Shown here piece after piece: positions 1 through 10,846 of a DNA stretch of 64,000 nt; positions within the stretch are counted from its first letter, which is position 1; each line of letters opens with the position of its first letter. Under the pieces are notes generated by a model. It did no database searches, had not been told where the DNA came from, and saw only the letters and a list, made by a program, of their open reading frames with translations. The stretch is from contig CBDATS010000004.1 in NCBI GenBank assembly GCA_965200245.1, positions 1,280,001 through 1,344,000 of the forward strand. Reading direction: 5' to 3'. A program made the position numbers and the translations under genes. The stretch is from a bacterium. Lineage in GTDB: Bacteria; UBA8248.

Positions 1-585
1 GTGCTCAAGAAAACACAACTCACGGCTTTCAGTAACCCGAGGACAGGCGGCATCATTGCGGTCAATCTCGATGAGGGAGACGAACTCATCGGCGTGGCAC
101 AAACCGACGGCAGCCGCGATGTTTTCCTTGGAACGAGAGGCGGCAAGGCTATCCGTTTCCCCGAGAACAAGGTTCGCGCCATGGGCAGGAGCGCGCGCGG
201 GGTGCGCGGAATCGATCTGGCGCAAGACGATTGCGTCATTGGAATGGAAGTCGTCTTGCCGGGAAACATCATCCTGACCGCCACGGGGTTCGGCTACGGC
301 AAGCGCAGCCGCGTGGACGATTACCGGTTGACGAACCGGGGCGGCAAGGGCGTGATCAACATCAAGGTAACGGAGAAGAACGGACCGGTTATCGGAACCC
401 GGCGCGTGACCGAAGACGATGAATTTATGCTCATCACCATCGGGGGGCAGCTTATTCGCTCCCGGGTTCAGGATGTTTCCATCATCGGACGCGCCACGCA
501 GGGTGTTCGCCTCATCGGGGTCAAGGAAGGAGACCGCGTCGCGGCCTTGGCCCGCATCGAGGAAGATGGAACCGGCTCTCCATAA
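1..585 (+). CDS. gyrA: DNA gyrase subunit A, C-terminal beta-pinwheel (5'-partial)
   Basis: Repeated pinwheel motifs (RAMGRSARGVRGI, RGGKGVINIK, IIGRATQGVRLI); ORF runs off the window start. Confidence 0.93.
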   Translation: MLKKTQLTAFSNPRTGGIIAVNLDEGDELIGVAQTDGSRDVFLGTRGGKAIRFPENKVRAMGRSARGVRGIDLAQDDCVIGMEVVLPGNIILTATGFGYGKRSRVDDYRLTNRGGKGVINIKVTEKNGPVIGTRRVTEDDEFMLITIGGQLIRSRVQDVSIIGRATQGVRLIGVKEGDRVAALARIEEDGTGSP

Positions 586-599
586 ACGCTGGGTAGCCA

Positions 600-2123
600 A
601 TGCAGAAAAAGAAAAAAATGATGGCGTCTCCGACTCTCTTCCCGGTCTCGGTGTGTTTGCTCATGTTGGCTTTTACGCTTTCTGGATGTGATTCCACAGA
701 GGTGCTCGTCCAGAAGACGCTAATGCCGGAGCCAGGAACGAAACAGCCTGATCCCTTCCCAGCACAAAGGCTCAAGCGAACGCCATCGCCAGCCAACACA
801 CCCTCTTTACCCAAGCCACTTCCTGCACAGCCGGTCTCTCCGCAGGAGTCCGGGTCATTTCCAGAACCGTCTCCACCGAGCCTCGCCGAGAATTTGAGTG
901 CAAAAGGAGAGTCTGCGTATCGGCAAGAGGATTATAATCTCTCCGAGAAACGGTTTCGCGAGGCGCTCGTTCATGAGCCGGAACTCCTTCATGCCCTCAC
1001 TGGCCTGGGTTGGACGCTCTACGATTCGGAACGCCCCGATGAGGCCTTCTTCTATTTCGAGCGGGCGAAAAACCTTTACCCTGAAAGCGGAAGCGCCCGG
1101 CGTGGATTCGCCTACTTGCTTTATCGCTACGGACGCCTGAAGGAGGCGAGAGCGTTGCTCGGTTCGCTCGACAAGGCGAGGTGGCCCGAACTCGCCAACA
1201 TCGACGAAGGAATCATGACGCGCGCCGGCAAGAAAATGGTTTCTCCTCCGCTGAAAACACCTGAACCGAAAATACAACCGGAATCAAAACCGGATCCCAG
1301 GCCGAAAACCGAAACAGCAAAACCCAGGCCCCCCGAACCTGCGCCTGAAACTGTGAAATCGTCGCTCCTGCCTGTGAAACCTGTGCCCCCGCCTCCCGTC
1401 CGCAAGCCCTCTCTTGAGGGAATGGTAAAAATTCCTGGCGGGTCCTTCATGATGGGCATCAAGTTCACCACCAGGAAACGCTCACGTGCAAGATGGCGCC
1501 GCAGGCGGGCGGCTGTGAAAGTATCGGGAGGCAGGCCCGTCGAGGTTGCATCTTTTCGGCTCGACAAGTTCGAGATCACGAATTCTCTTTACGCGGATTT
1601 CTTGCGGGCAACGAAGGGAGCCGAACCTCCTTTTTGGCATAAAGTCCATTTTACGGGTCCGCACCTTCCCGTGGTGGGAGTGACGTGGGATGAGGCGCGA
1701 GCGTATTGCTCCTGGGCGGGAAAACGGTTGCCTACGGAAGCGGAATGGGAGTATGCTGCCCAAGGTGCGGGCAAGGGAAGGCGGTACCCGTGGGGGAATA
1801 CGCAGCACGACAGAAACGCCGTTTTCGGCCTGAGCCCCGACGCCGGAGGACCCAAGGCCGTAGGCAGGCGTCCCGAGGGCACCGGCCTGCACGGGGTCGA
1901 GGATCTGGCCGGGAACGTCTGGGAGTGGGTAGCAGATGAGTTCAGGACGAATCCCGGAGATACCCGGCCGATCACCCGAAACGGACAGGTACTGCGAACG
2001 CTCAAGGGCGGTTCCTGGGTGAACGGGTGGTGGGCGCTGGCCTCGTCACACAGAACGGGCGACATTCCGGACCGCCGATTGCCCGCATACGGTTTTCGCT
2101 GTGCGGCGGATGCGCCGGAATGA
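600..2123 (+). CDS. Lipoprotein with TPR region and C-terminal formylglycine-generating enzyme (FGE-sulfatase/SUMF1) domain
   Basis: Lipobox-like LSGC after a hydrophobic stretch; TPR-like helices; FGE motifs PVVGVTWDEARAYC, RLPTEAEWEYAA, DLAGNVWEW, GFRCA. Confidence 0.85.
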   Translation: MQKKKKMMASPTLFPVSVCLLMLAFTLSGCDSTEVLVQKTLMPEPGTKQPDPFPAQRLKRTPSPANTPSLPKPLPAQPVSPQESGSFPEPSPPSLAENLSAKGESAYRQEDYNLSEKRFREALVHEPELLHALTGLGWTLYDSERPDEAFFYFERAKNLYPESGSARRGFAYLLYRYGRLKEARALLGSLDKARWPELANIDEGIMTRAGKKMVSPPLKTPEPKIQPESKPDPRPKTETAKPRPPEPAPETVKSSLLPVKPVPPPPVRKPSLEGMVKIPGGSFMMGIKFTTRKRSRARWRRRRAAVKVSGGRPVEVASFRLDKFEITNSLYADFLRATKGAEPPFWHKVHFTGPHLPVVGVTWDEARAYCSWAGKRLPTEAEWEYAAQGAGKGRRYPWGNTQHDRNAVFGLSPDAGGPKAVGRRPEGTGLHGVEDLAGNVWEWVADEFRTNPGDTRPITRNGQVLRTLKGGSWVNGWWALASSHRTGDIPDRRLPAYGFRCAADAPE

Positions 2124-2195
2124 AATATATGGGTATAATTCCTCATACGCCATAATGAAGAAACGAAACACGACTCCCCGCAAAAGGAGAGTATC

Positions 2196-2723
2196 ATGCG
2201 CCCGAAAAGGGAATGGGTTTTATCGTTGTTGCTGGCGGTGTTCGGCGCTTTCCTTCTGGCGGCAAGCGCCGGGGCACAGAGCCTGACACCGCCCGAGTCG
2301 CAACCTGCTCCGGAGGGGATCGCTCCCGGCCAGCCCCAGGCGGCACCTGCGCTGGCTCCGCCCGCGGCAGCGACTCCGTTGCAAGTGCCGCTTACGCCGG
2401 TGAAGCCACAGCGCCCACTGGATATCATTGTCACCATCACGCTGGCGACGGGGAAATCCGAAACCTTTGCCCGCGAGATCGACAGGCTTGAGATCGTCAC
2501 CCGTTCCGGCGGAGAGATCAAGATGATCCATCTGCTCTTGGTCACCGGCGGGGAGCGCAACACACACGTTTGGTACAACTACGCCCAGGTCGCCAAGCTG
2601 AGCTATCGCTTCGTCACCCCCGAGGGAAAGGCGAAGGTATACGTGCGACCGTTGCAGGCGTCGCCTTCGACGAGGGAGCTCACGGACAGGCTCGAACCGC
2701 TGAGCCCGCGTGAGTTTCGCTAA
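2196..2723 (+). CDS. Hypothetical exported protein
   Basis: AAGGAG RBS, signal peptide ending AGA-Q, Pro/Ala linker; same-strand operon context. Confidence 0.7.
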   Translation: MRPKREWVLSLLLAVFGAFLLAASAGAQSLTPPESQPAPEGIAPGQPQAAPALAPPAAATPLQVPLTPVKPQRPLDIIVTITLATGKSETFAREIDRLEIVTRSGGEIKMIHLLLVTGGERNTHVWYNYAQVAKLSYRFVTPEGKAKVYVRPLQASPSTRELTDRLEPLSPREFR

Positions 2724-2732
2724 GGCGCAGCA

Positions 2733-3635
2733 GTGATGAATGAGAAAGGCTACGAGAATCCAGATCTTGTCTTGACGCCGGCGCAGCTTGCCGAACGCAT
2801 TGGCGACCGCAAGGGGGACGAGCTCGTCATCATCGACACGAGGCAGGCACCGGAGTTTTGTGGAGGCCATATCGAGGGTGCCGCGCATCTGGATCTCTAC
2901 GGAATTTCGCTGAACGACACCTGTCCGCAGGCACTGGCCGCCTTCACGTGGATGCTCGCCTATCTCATGGAGATACGAGGCGTCGATTACGAAAAGACGG
3001 TAATCTTCTATCAGGAAAACTCGGGTTTCCGTTCCGCGCGCGGGTTCTGGTTCCTGGAGTATCTCGGGCATAAGGACGTTCATGTTCTGGATGGCGGCAT
3101 CGACGCATGGAAGGCCGCAGGGCTTCCCTTGACACGCGATGCCTGGCCGATGGCGGGCGGTCCCTATGAAACCGGGGTGAAGGGCCACAGGCGCATTCTG
3201 AGAACTTCATTCGCAAGCCACCTGAAACCCTTTGAAGAAGGCCGCATCGCCACGGCGGACTACATCCTGAGTCATCTGAACGATCCTGGTGTTGCAATTC
3301 ACGATACACGCTCTGAAGGCGAGTTTTTCGCCGAGAATGTCCGGGCCGCGCGCGGCGGCGCGATTCCTGGTTCGGTTCACCTCGAATGGACCGAAGCCAT
3401 CGCCGCGGACGGCTCGCTCAAGCCCGCCTCCGAAATCACGGCACTTCTCGAATCGAGAGGGCTGACGCCCGGGAGGGAAATAGTGCCGCTTTGTCAGGGT
3501 GGTTACCGATCGGCGCACGCCTATCTTGTCTATCGACTGCTCGGCTACCCGAGAATCCGGAACTATCTCGGTTCCTGGAAAGAGTGGGGAGACAAGAAAT
3601 ATCTGCCTATCGAAGTCCCCGAGCGAAGCGCCTAG
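2733..3635 (+). CDS. Two-domain rhodanese / thiosulfate sulfurtransferase
   Basis: GHIEGA, VLDGGIDAW, active-site CQGGYRS, YLGSWKEWG. Confidence 0.9.
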   Translation: MMNEKGYENPDLVLTPAQLAERIGDRKGDELVIIDTRQAPEFCGGHIEGAAHLDLYGISLNDTCPQALAAFTWMLAYLMEIRGVDYEKTVIFYQENSGFRSARGFWFLEYLGHKDVHVLDGGIDAWKAAGLPLTRDAWPMAGGPYETGVKGHRRILRTSFASHLKPFEEGRIATADYILSHLNDPGVAIHDTRSEGEFFAENVRAARGGAIPGSVHLEWTEAIAADGSLKPASEITALLESRGLTPGREIVPLCQGGYRSAHAYLVYRLLGYPRIRNYLGSWKEWGDKKYLPIEVPERSA

Positions 3636-4150
3636 CCACCCTTAATGATGCGCACGACTGTCTGCGCGACAACACCCGCCAGAGGCGGAATCCAGAACAC
3701 CGAGATGACGCGGAAGGTGAAAAACTCCGTTCCGAGGATGGGGATTTCATACGCGAATGCGCGGACCGGGCCTATCAGGGCCGATGCGGTGAGCATCGTA
3801 ATCATCGGCCCGAAACCTGCGCCTCCCTGCATGAGTCCGGCCACGAGCGGATAGAGGACGAAGGGCGCACCCATGGGAAACATGAACCCCGCCAGCCAGC
3901 CGATGAATATCCCGCGCCAGCCGGAGCGATCGGAGAGCCAGTTCTGCAGGATTTCCCTGGGCAGGATGTCGGCGATTAGCGCGCCTATGAACATACCGAG
4001 AATGAGCTTCGGAAGGATGGTCACGATGAGGCTTCCTGCACGACCCGCTGGAGCCCAGGGCAGTTCGCCGGTTTTCTGATACGCGAGGAACGCCAGGAGC
4101 AGCGCAATGCTCGCGAGAAAAAGGGAACTCTTGTCGAAAATGCCGGACAT
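3632..4150 (-). CDS. Predicted permease (DUF318-like small membrane protein)
   Basis: Several TM helices; PMGAPFVLYPLVAGL motif. Confidence 0.7.
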   Translation of the reverse strand: MSGIFDKSSLFLASIALLLAFLAYQKTGELPWAPAGRAGSLIVTILPKLILGMFIGALIADILPREILQNWLSDRSGWRGIFIGWLAGFMFPMGAPFVLYPLVAGLMQGGAGFGPMITMLTASALIGPVRAFAYEIPILGTEFFTFRVISVFWIPPLAGVVAQTVVRIIKGG

Positions 4151-4308
4151 GTTCGATCCTCATGAAAAGTGAGCCGCAAAAACGCCGGAAAAGTCCACTC
4201 GGCAGGAATCGTGAGTATAGCCCCAAGGGCCGCAGAGAGTGAACCGATTCAGCCGATCCCTGTCTGGATGGCGAAGCAGTTGATCTGCAAGGATTCGGGG
4301 AAGGGAAA

Positions 4309-5580
4309 ATGAAAGGGGTCTACCTCACTGCTTCGCTGGGTGGAATCGGCGGGCGCCTGCGTGCTAGGCGTGAGGATTTTCGGGTCGAGGAGATTCCCCT
4401 CGCACCCCCGAGCGGTGATGGGGAGTATCTCCACTTGTGGGTGGAGAAGCGTGGTGTCTCGACCATCCACGCGTTGCGCTCCCTGTGCCGCGTATTGCAT
4501 GTCCCCGAGGCGGAAGCGGGCTATGCGGGACTCAAAGACACCGACGCGGTAACGAGGCAGTGGTTTTCCTTCAAGACGAAAATGCAAGAGGCCCCTGTCG
4601 CCCCGAGTCTGGAGGATATCGGGATACGGGTACTGGGAACCGCCAGGTCTCGAACCCTTATCCGGCGCGGCGCGCTTGGGGGCAATCGTTTCGATATATT
4701 GATTCGAGACGCCCTGCCTGAGTCGGAGCCTGTGGCACGCGAGATTTTGGATTGCCTCGCAGTGCGCGGGCTGCCCAATGCGTTCGGCGATCAGAGGTTC
4801 GGGGTTCACGGCCATACGGCGCGAATCGGACTTGCGCTCGCGAAAGGGAACTGGCGAGATGCGCTTGATTCGCTCCTTGGTTTCGCCAGGCTGTCTTTTG
4901 CGCCGAAGCGTGTCGATGAGCGGCTTTCCGAGGCAGTCCGAAGGTATGAAGCGGGCGATTTCGGTGGAGCACGGAAACTCTATCCCCTTTCTTGGGAGGC
5001 GGAAAGACGCGCCCTCGCCAGCCTGGCGGCAGGCACCTCGCCCCGGCAGGCGACGGCTTCGATTCCCCTGAGGGAACGGATATTGTATGGCGGTGCGTTT
5101 CAGGCCGCTGTGTTCAATTCGTGTCTGGCAGAAAGGCTGGAAGCCGACGCACATGATCGCATCTTGGCGGGCGACGTGGTTTTTCACCACGAATCGGCCA
5201 AAACCAGGAGAGTGAGTACACCCGAGGTGCAGACGCACTCGCTTGAGCGCTTCGAGGTGAGTCCTGCGGGGCCTCTCATAGGCCAAAAACTCATCGAAGC
5301 CCGCGCAGGGGCGGGAAAACTCGAACGAAGCGTGCTAGACTCCCTGGGCGTCGGGGGGCCGGAGGTCCTCGACGGATTGAAGCGTCTCAGGCTTTATGGC
5401 TCCAGACGCCCGTATCGCGTACAAATGAAAGAGGTAAGCCTGAAACCGGACGAGGAGGGCCTGCGCCTCGGCTTCACCCTGCCGCCGGGTGCGTATGCAA
5501 GCGAAGTATTACGGGAGTTGACAAAGAACGAACCCCCGGTGGGCGCCGTCACGCGCATCGGGGAAGGGGGAGGTAGTTGA
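4309..5580 (+). CDS. truD: tRNA pseudouridine(13) synthase
   Basis: EDFRVEE, YAGLKDTDAVTRQWFS, GNRFDI, PNAFGDQRFG, FTLPPGAYA. Confidence 0.93.
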   Translation: MKGVYLTASLGGIGGRLRARREDFRVEEIPLAPPSGDGEYLHLWVEKRGVSTIHALRSLCRVLHVPEAEAGYAGLKDTDAVTRQWFSFKTKMQEAPVAPSLEDIGIRVLGTARSRTLIRRGALGGNRFDILIRDALPESEPVAREILDCLAVRGLPNAFGDQRFGVHGHTARIGLALAKGNWRDALDSLLGFARLSFAPKRVDERLSEAVRRYEAGDFGGARKLYPLSWEAERRALASLAAGTSPRQATASIPLRERILYGGAFQAAVFNSCLAERLEADAHDRILAGDVVFHHESAKTRRVSTPEVQTHSLERFEVSPAGPLIGQKLIEARAGAGKLERSVLDSLGVGGPEVLDGLKRLRLYGSRRPYRVQMKEVSLKPDEEGLRLGFTLPPGAYASEVLRELTKNEPPVGAVTRIGEGGGS

Positions 5581-6485
5581 ACATGAAGGTTTTTCTGACG
5601 GGCGGAACGGGATATGTCGGCGGCACGCTTCTGTCGCTTCTGTCGCTGGCGGGTCATGAGATAAGGGTACTTTCGCGTGACCCCGAACCGGCGAGGCAAC
5701 GCCTCACCTCGACAAGCGGGGTCTATCCCGTACGCGGTGACATCACCGCCTATTCTGTCGATCAACTCGCCGAGTTGATGAAGAAACAGGACGCCGTGGT
5801 CCACCTGGTGGGTATCATCATCGAGAAAGGAACGCCCGGTTTCGAGACGGTCCATACCGAGGGCACACGCCGGATCGTGGCCGCCGCCGAGCAGGCAGGA
5901 GTGAAGCGCTTCGTGCACATGAGCGCCTTGGGTACCAGGGAAAACGCCGTCGCCCGCTACCACAAAACGAAATTTGCTGCCGAGCAGTTCGTTCGCGAGA
6001 GCGAGCTGGAATGGACGATATTCAGGCCATCCATCATCTTCGGCGAGAACGACGAGTTTTTGAATACTTTCGCCGGCATCGCGCGAATGGCGCCCGCCCT
6101 TCCCCTCATCGGCGGGGGGAAAGGAAAGCTCCAGCCCATATGGGTGGAGGACGTGTGCCGATGCTTCGCGCAGTGCCTGAGCATGCCTGAAACTGTCGGG
6201 CAGACTTACGAAATGGGCGGAGACGCCGCCTATCCGATCAAGGATATCCTTTCCATGCTGGTCAAGGCGATGGGCAAGAGAAGGCTGCTCGTGAGTCTGC
6301 CCACGCCCATCGCGCGCCTGCAGGCCAGGTTGTTCAACCTGCTCCCGATGAAGCCCCCCTTCACCGAGGATCAGATAACGATGCTGGGTGAGGACAATGT
6401 ATGCGATCCGGCGCCCATGAAGGAGGTCTTTGGCCTGACGCCCAGGACGCTTGAGAGTTATCTGGCAGAACGGTTCGGGGGCTAG
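5577..6485 (+). CDS. NAD(P)-binding atypical SDR (complex I NDUFA9-like)
   Basis: TGGTGYVG, HMSALG, YHKTK, RPSIIFG, QPIWVEDV. Confidence 0.85.
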   Translation: MNMKVFLTGGTGYVGGTLLSLLSLAGHEIRVLSRDPEPARQRLTSTSGVYPVRGDITAYSVDQLAELMKKQDAVVHLVGIIIEKGTPGFETVHTEGTRRIVAAAEQAGVKRFVHMSALGTRENAVARYHKTKFAAEQFVRESELEWTIFRPSIIFGENDEFLNTFAGIARMAPALPLIGGGKGKLQPIWVEDVCRCFAQCLSMPETVGQTYEMGGDAAYPIKDILSMLVKAMGKRRLLVSLPTPIARLQARLFNLLPMKPPFTEDQITMLGEDNVCDPAPMKEVFGLTPRTLESYLAERFGG

Positions 6486-6521
6486 CCGGGCATACTCCTC
6501 AACGGAGCCCAACCCCGGGCC

Positions 6522-7664
6522 TTATCGCGCACGGTTTCCCTCCGTACCAGGGAGTGCAAGCTTGGCAGCGTGCCATGCCGTCCGCTGGGCAGTGGAGACG
6601 GCGAGCACGCGAGAATCCTCCTCGGAAACCCACAGAAAATCCTCTTGCTCGGCCACCGGTGCATCTTTCTCGCAATTTTCCGCCAGATGCACGGCGAACA
6701 GGATCTTTCTGTGCGTCAGGATTCTCATGGTTCTGGCCAACTCACGCACCGGCACCCAGCCCGGCCCCAGCAGCCTTGCGCATTCCGCTTTCAGGCGGCG
6801 CGGGTCGGCCTTTTCCAGATGGCCCTTCTCCATGAAGCCGGGAAGTTCCCACATGCCGCCGAACAGGCCTGTCTTCTCCCTTTGGCTCAGAAGGGCGTGT
6901 CCGTCACGCACCGCCAGGAACTGGAAGAGGGTATACGTCGCAGGCGGTTTTCTGGCGGTTTTGACCGGCAGGGCGTTCTGTGTTCCGGCCCGATGGGCCG
7001 CGCACAGATTTCGGACAGGGCATTGCGCGCAATCAGGATTTTTGGGGAGGCAGATTCTGGCACCCAAGTCCATTAGCGCCTGGTTGAAGTCGCCCGGCCT
7101 TGTGCGCGGTACGAGCGACTGTGTTTCCTCGCGGACGACTTTTTGGGCAGGCGGAGCGTCTATGGGATCAGGGAGGTTCAGTATCCGGCTCATGACTCGC
7201 AGGACATTCCCGTCGATGGCAGCGCATGGTTCCCCGAAGGCGATGCTGGCGATCGCCCCTGCCATATAGGGCCCGACCCCCGGAAGAGCCAGCATCGCAT
7301 CGCGCGTATCAGGCATCCTGCCCTCGTCACGTACCTGTTGTGCGGCACGGTGCAAGTTTCTCGCGCGGGTGTAATAACCGAGCCCCTGCCATTCGGCCAG
7401 CACGGCGTCCAGCGGCGCGTCGGCAAGAGAAGCGAGAGAAGGGAAGCGATTAATGAAAGCCGGGTAGCGGCCCCGTACGGTCTCCACCCGGGTCTGCTGG
7501 AGCATGGCTTCCGACACCCAGATGCGGTAGGGGTCTTTCTCCCCGCGCCAGGGGAGTTCTCTCTTCTCCCGCTCGTACCAGCTCAGGATGCGCCTTTTGA
7601 ACCTTCTCTGCCCGGAAGGAGTGTGCAGCGGGGCTCCGGGCTTGCTTTTCGGTTTGTTTGACAT
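6522..7664 (-). CDS. mutY: A/G-specific adenine glycosylase
   Basis: WVSEAMLQQT, GLGYYTRARNL, HhH LPGVGPY, 4Fe-4S motif C-x6-C-x2-C-x5-C. Confidence 0.93.
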   Translation of the reverse strand: MSNKPKSKPGAPLHTPSGQRRFKRRILSWYEREKRELPWRGEKDPYRIWVSEAMLQQTRVETVRGRYPAFINRFPSLASLADAPLDAVLAEWQGLGYYTRARNLHRAAQQVRDEGRMPDTRDAMLALPGVGPYMAGAIASIAFGEPCAAIDGNVLRVMSRILNLPDPIDAPPAQKVVREETQSLVPRTRPGDFNQALMDLGARICLPKNPDCAQCPVRNLCAAHRAGTQNALPVKTARKPPATYTLFQFLAVRDGHALLSQREKTGLFGGMWELPGFMEKGHLEKADPRRLKAECARLLGPGWVPVRELARTMRILTHRKILFAVHLAENCEKDAPVAEQEDFLWVSEEDSRVLAVSTAQRTAWHAAKLALPGTEGNRAR

Positions 7665-7739
7665 GCGTGGGGCCAGCCGTTATCAAGCGGTATAGGGTTT
7701 TCAATCACAGCGCTCGAAGTTTCGGGGTAATAATAGAAC

Positions 7740-8912
7740 ATGAGCGTGGCGAAAAAAAACAGATGGAGCATCGGGCAGATGGTGTTGCTGGTGGCCTTTT
7801 TTTACGCCTTCGCTCTGGCTGTGGGTGCGGCCCCGGTGGAGAGACTCGCCGTCGGTATCGTACTCGACCTGTCGGGCCCGGGCGCTGATGCAGGCCGGGA
7901 GGCACGCAATGCGGTTCTGATCGAAATGGCGCGAATCAACCGCCGGGGCGTCGCCGGCGGGCGCATGTCTCTCCTCACCCGGGACACCAGGGGAAACCCC
8001 CAGGTGGCGGTCGCCGCTGTCCGCGAACTGGCACGCAAGCGTGAGGTCGTTGCCGTAATCGGACCAATCGAGCATTTTGCCGTCATCGCCGCTGCCGAGG
8101 CAGCGCAAGAAGAACGGATTGCGCTTTTCTCGCTGGCAGCGCCCGAGGAGATTCTCGTGCCGCCGCGCAGATGGGTGTTCTCCACCGCGATTCCGGCGTC
8201 CCTGACCGTTCGCATGATACTGGGGCATCTCAAGAGCAAGGGGATCAAGCGCGTGGCGATGCTGGGCTCCTCCCTGGGCTACGGTACAGAGGGGCGTGAG
8301 CAAATTACCGCGCTGGCGCCCGATTTTGGCGTGTCCATCTTGTTGAACGAATCCTTCAAGCCGGGCGAGCATAATTTTCTGCCATTCCTGAAGCACGCCT
8401 CACTGCGCGGTGCGGGAGCCTTCCTGCACTGGGCGCGGGGAGATACTCACCTGGATCTGGTGCGCGCCCGCGCTGCACTCGACCTCGATTTGCCGATCTA
8501 CTTCTCTCGTGCGACACCGGGAATGTTCGGCACCCAAAGTGGTGGCCGGGCCGCAGAAGGGGTGGTGTTTCCGGCCTCGTGGATTGTAGCGGCTCATCTT
8601 CTGGCTGAGTCCCACCCCGCCAAAAAGGGCCTCATGATGTTTCGGAACGAGTATCTGAAGGCCCACAAAGACGCGCCGGGTGAGGCGGCCGCCACCGCCG
8701 CCGACGCGCTGAGCCTTCTTGCTTGGGCGGCGCGTGGCGTGGGGGCAAGCCGGGCGCGAATTCCCGAAGGTGTGGAGGAGGCACGCTATTACATGGGACT
8801 GAACGGGACCTACGGGTTTTCAAAAAACGACCACAGCGGCATGAACGCTGACTCGCTCGTGCTCGTGCAGGTGCGAAAGGGCAGGCGGGAACTGGTGGAA
8901 AAGGGGAGGTAG
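7740..8912 (+). CDS. Branched-chain amino acid-type ABC transporter substrate-binding protein
   Basis: Signal peptide, DLSGPGADAG, INRRGVAGG, periplasmic binding protein type I pattern. Confidence 0.8.
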   Translation: MSVAKKNRWSIGQMVLLVAFFYAFALAVGAAPVERLAVGIVLDLSGPGADAGREARNAVLIEMARINRRGVAGGRMSLLTRDTRGNPQVAVAAVRELARKREVVAVIGPIEHFAVIAAAEAAQEERIALFSLAAPEEILVPPRRWVFSTAIPASLTVRMILGHLKSKGIKRVAMLGSSLGYGTEGREQITALAPDFGVSILLNESFKPGEHNFLPFLKHASLRGAGAFLHWARGDTHLDLVRARAALDLDLPIYFSRATPGMFGTQSGGRAAEGVVFPASWIVAAHLLAESHPAKKGLMMFRNEYLKAHKDAPGEAAATAADALSLLAWAARGVGASRARIPEGVEEARYYMGLNGTYGFSKNDHSGMNADSLVLVQVRKGRRELVEKGR

Positions 8913-9112
8913 GGGGCAGCGCGCGTGGCTCGATGTACGCATAGGCATGGATCATATCGCTTATCTTCTTGACACGAGCCTGTATCGGGCGTATACATAC
9001 GACTGGTCGGGTCGGCGACCATTTTAGTCGCATATGGCTTGAGAAAGGCACCGCTGGCTTCCAGGCAGCCGAATTTGACGACAACCCTTTATGGTTCAAG
9101 GTGGCATGGAGC

Positions 9113-9538
9113 ATGTTCACGATTGCGAAGCGCACGGATTACGGCCTGATGGCGCTCTCCTGCCTTGCGGAGCAGGAAGAGAGCGAGGCCATCACCTCGC
9201 GCGCCATCGCGGAGCGGTTCTGCATTCCCACCGAACTGCTTGCGAAGACGATGCAGCTTCTGGCAAAAAACGGAATCGTGGAATCGAGAAACGGCCCCAA
9301 GGGCGGCTATGTTCTCTCACGCAGGCCCGAGAGCATCTCGGTGGCCGAGGTCATCCGGGCTATCGAGGGACCCATCGCGATGGCGACGTGCCAGGTCGGC
9401 GACGCCGCAGGCTGTGAACAATACGAGAAATGCACCATTTTTTATCCCATGGAAAGGATTCAGAAAAAGGTGACCCACCTGCTTGAGGGCATGAGCCTGC
9501 TCGATATGGTGGGTACGCCTGCAGGAGAGATCAGATGA
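9113..9538 (+). CDS. iscR: Rrf2-family regulator (IscR-like)
   Basis: [21 protein letters not shown], three C-terminal Cys; heads the isc cluster. Start moved to ATG 9113. Confidence 0.8.
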   Translation: MFTIAKRTDYGLMALSCLAEQEESEAITSRAIAERFCIPTELLAKTMQLLAKNGIVESRNGPKGGYVLSRRPESISVAEVIRAIEGPIAMATCQVGDAAGCEQYEKCTIFYPMERIQKKVTHLLEGMSLLDMVGTPAGEIR

Positions 9539-10755
9539 GCTTGAAGTTCCCCATCTATATGGATTATCAGGCGACGACGCCCATGGACCCCCGGGTTCTC
9601 GAAGAGATGGAGCCCTATTTCGGCGACAAGTTCGGAAACGCCGCGAGCCGAAACCACAGCTTCGGCTGGGAGGCGGAAAAGGCCGTGGACGGCTCCAGGG
9701 AGAGACTTGCATCCGTCATAGGCGCGGATCCGCGCGAGATCATCTTCACGAGCGGGGCCACGGAATCGGACAACATGGCGCTCAAGGGTGTTGCCGAGAT
9801 GTACAGGAAAAAGGGCAATCACGTTGTCACCTCGGCAATCGAGCACAAGGCCATCATCGACTCCGCCAAGCGCCTGGAGAAGCGGGGGTTCGACGTCACC
9901 TACATCGAGCCTCCCGAGGACGGCATCACGACGGCGGAGATGATCGAGGAAGCCCTGCGCGACGATACCATACTCGTCTCCATCATGGCGGCGAACAACG
10001 AGGTCGGCGTGCTCAATCCCATTGCCGAGATTGGCGCGCTGTGCCGGGGTCGCGGCATCCTCTTCCACACCGACGCCACGCAGGGCTTTGGCAAAATTCC
10101 CATCGATGTGGAGGAGATGAACATCGATCTCCTCTCGGCCACCGCACACAAGATTTACGGCCCCAAGGGAGTGGGGTTGATTTACGTTCGCAGGCGCAGG
10201 CCGCGCGTGCGACTTTCCGCCATCATCGACGGCGGCGGCCACGAGCGAGGCATGCGCTCGGGCACGCTGAACGTCACAGGCATCGTCGGCTTCGGCAAGG
10301 CGGCCGAGTTGTGCATGGAAGAGATGGAGGAGGAACATATCCGCCTTACGAACCTGCGCGAGAAGTTCAGGGCCACCATGTTCGAGAGCCTGGAAGACGT
10401 ATACGTGAACGGCCATGAGACCAGGCGACTCTCGGGCAACCTGAACCTGAGTTTCCCCTACGTGGAGGGCGAATCGCTCATCATGGGACTCAGCGACGTG
10501 GCCGTTTCTTCGGGTTCGGCCTGTACCTCGGCAAGCTTGGAACCAAGCTACGTGCTCAAGTCCATGGGCCGGGGTGACGAGTTGGCGCACTCCTCGATTC
10601 GCTTCGGTTTCGGGCGTTTCACCACCGAGGAGGAAATTGACTATGTGGCCGAGAAGACGACGGACATCGTGAACCGGCTTCGCGAGATGAGCCCGCTGTA
10701 TGAGATGGTAAAAGAGGGTGTGGACCTCTCCAAGGTGGAGTGGCAGTCGCACTAG
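9535..10755 (+). CDS. iscS: Cysteine desulfurase
   Basis: [37 protein letters not shown]. Confidence 0.97.
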   Translation: MSLKFPIYMDYQATTPMDPRVLEEMEPYFGDKFGNAASRNHSFGWEAEKAVDGSRERLASVIGADPREIIFTSGATESDNMALKGVAEMYRKKGNHVVTSAIEHKAIIDSAKRLEKRGFDVTYIEPPEDGITTAEMIEEALRDDTILVSIMAANNEVGVLNPIAEIGALCRGRGILFHTDATQGFGKIPIDVEEMNIDLLSATAHKIYGPKGVGLIYVRRRRPRVRLSAIIDGGGHERGMRSGTLNVTGIVGFGKAAELCMEEMEEEHIRLTNLREKFRATMFESLEDVYVNGHETRRLSGNLNLSFPYVEGESLIMGLSDVAVSSGSACTSASLEPSYVLKSMGRGDELAHSSIRFGFGRFTTEEEIDYVAEKTTDIVNRLREMSPLYEMVKEGVDLSKVEWQSH

Positions 10756-10846
10756 CTAAAGGAGCATTCCGGGCGTGTTATTCGTATAGAGCCTGCAGTT
10801 CACGGAAACCCTGAATTGCAGCGATTTGGAAAAGGAGAACAGAAAA

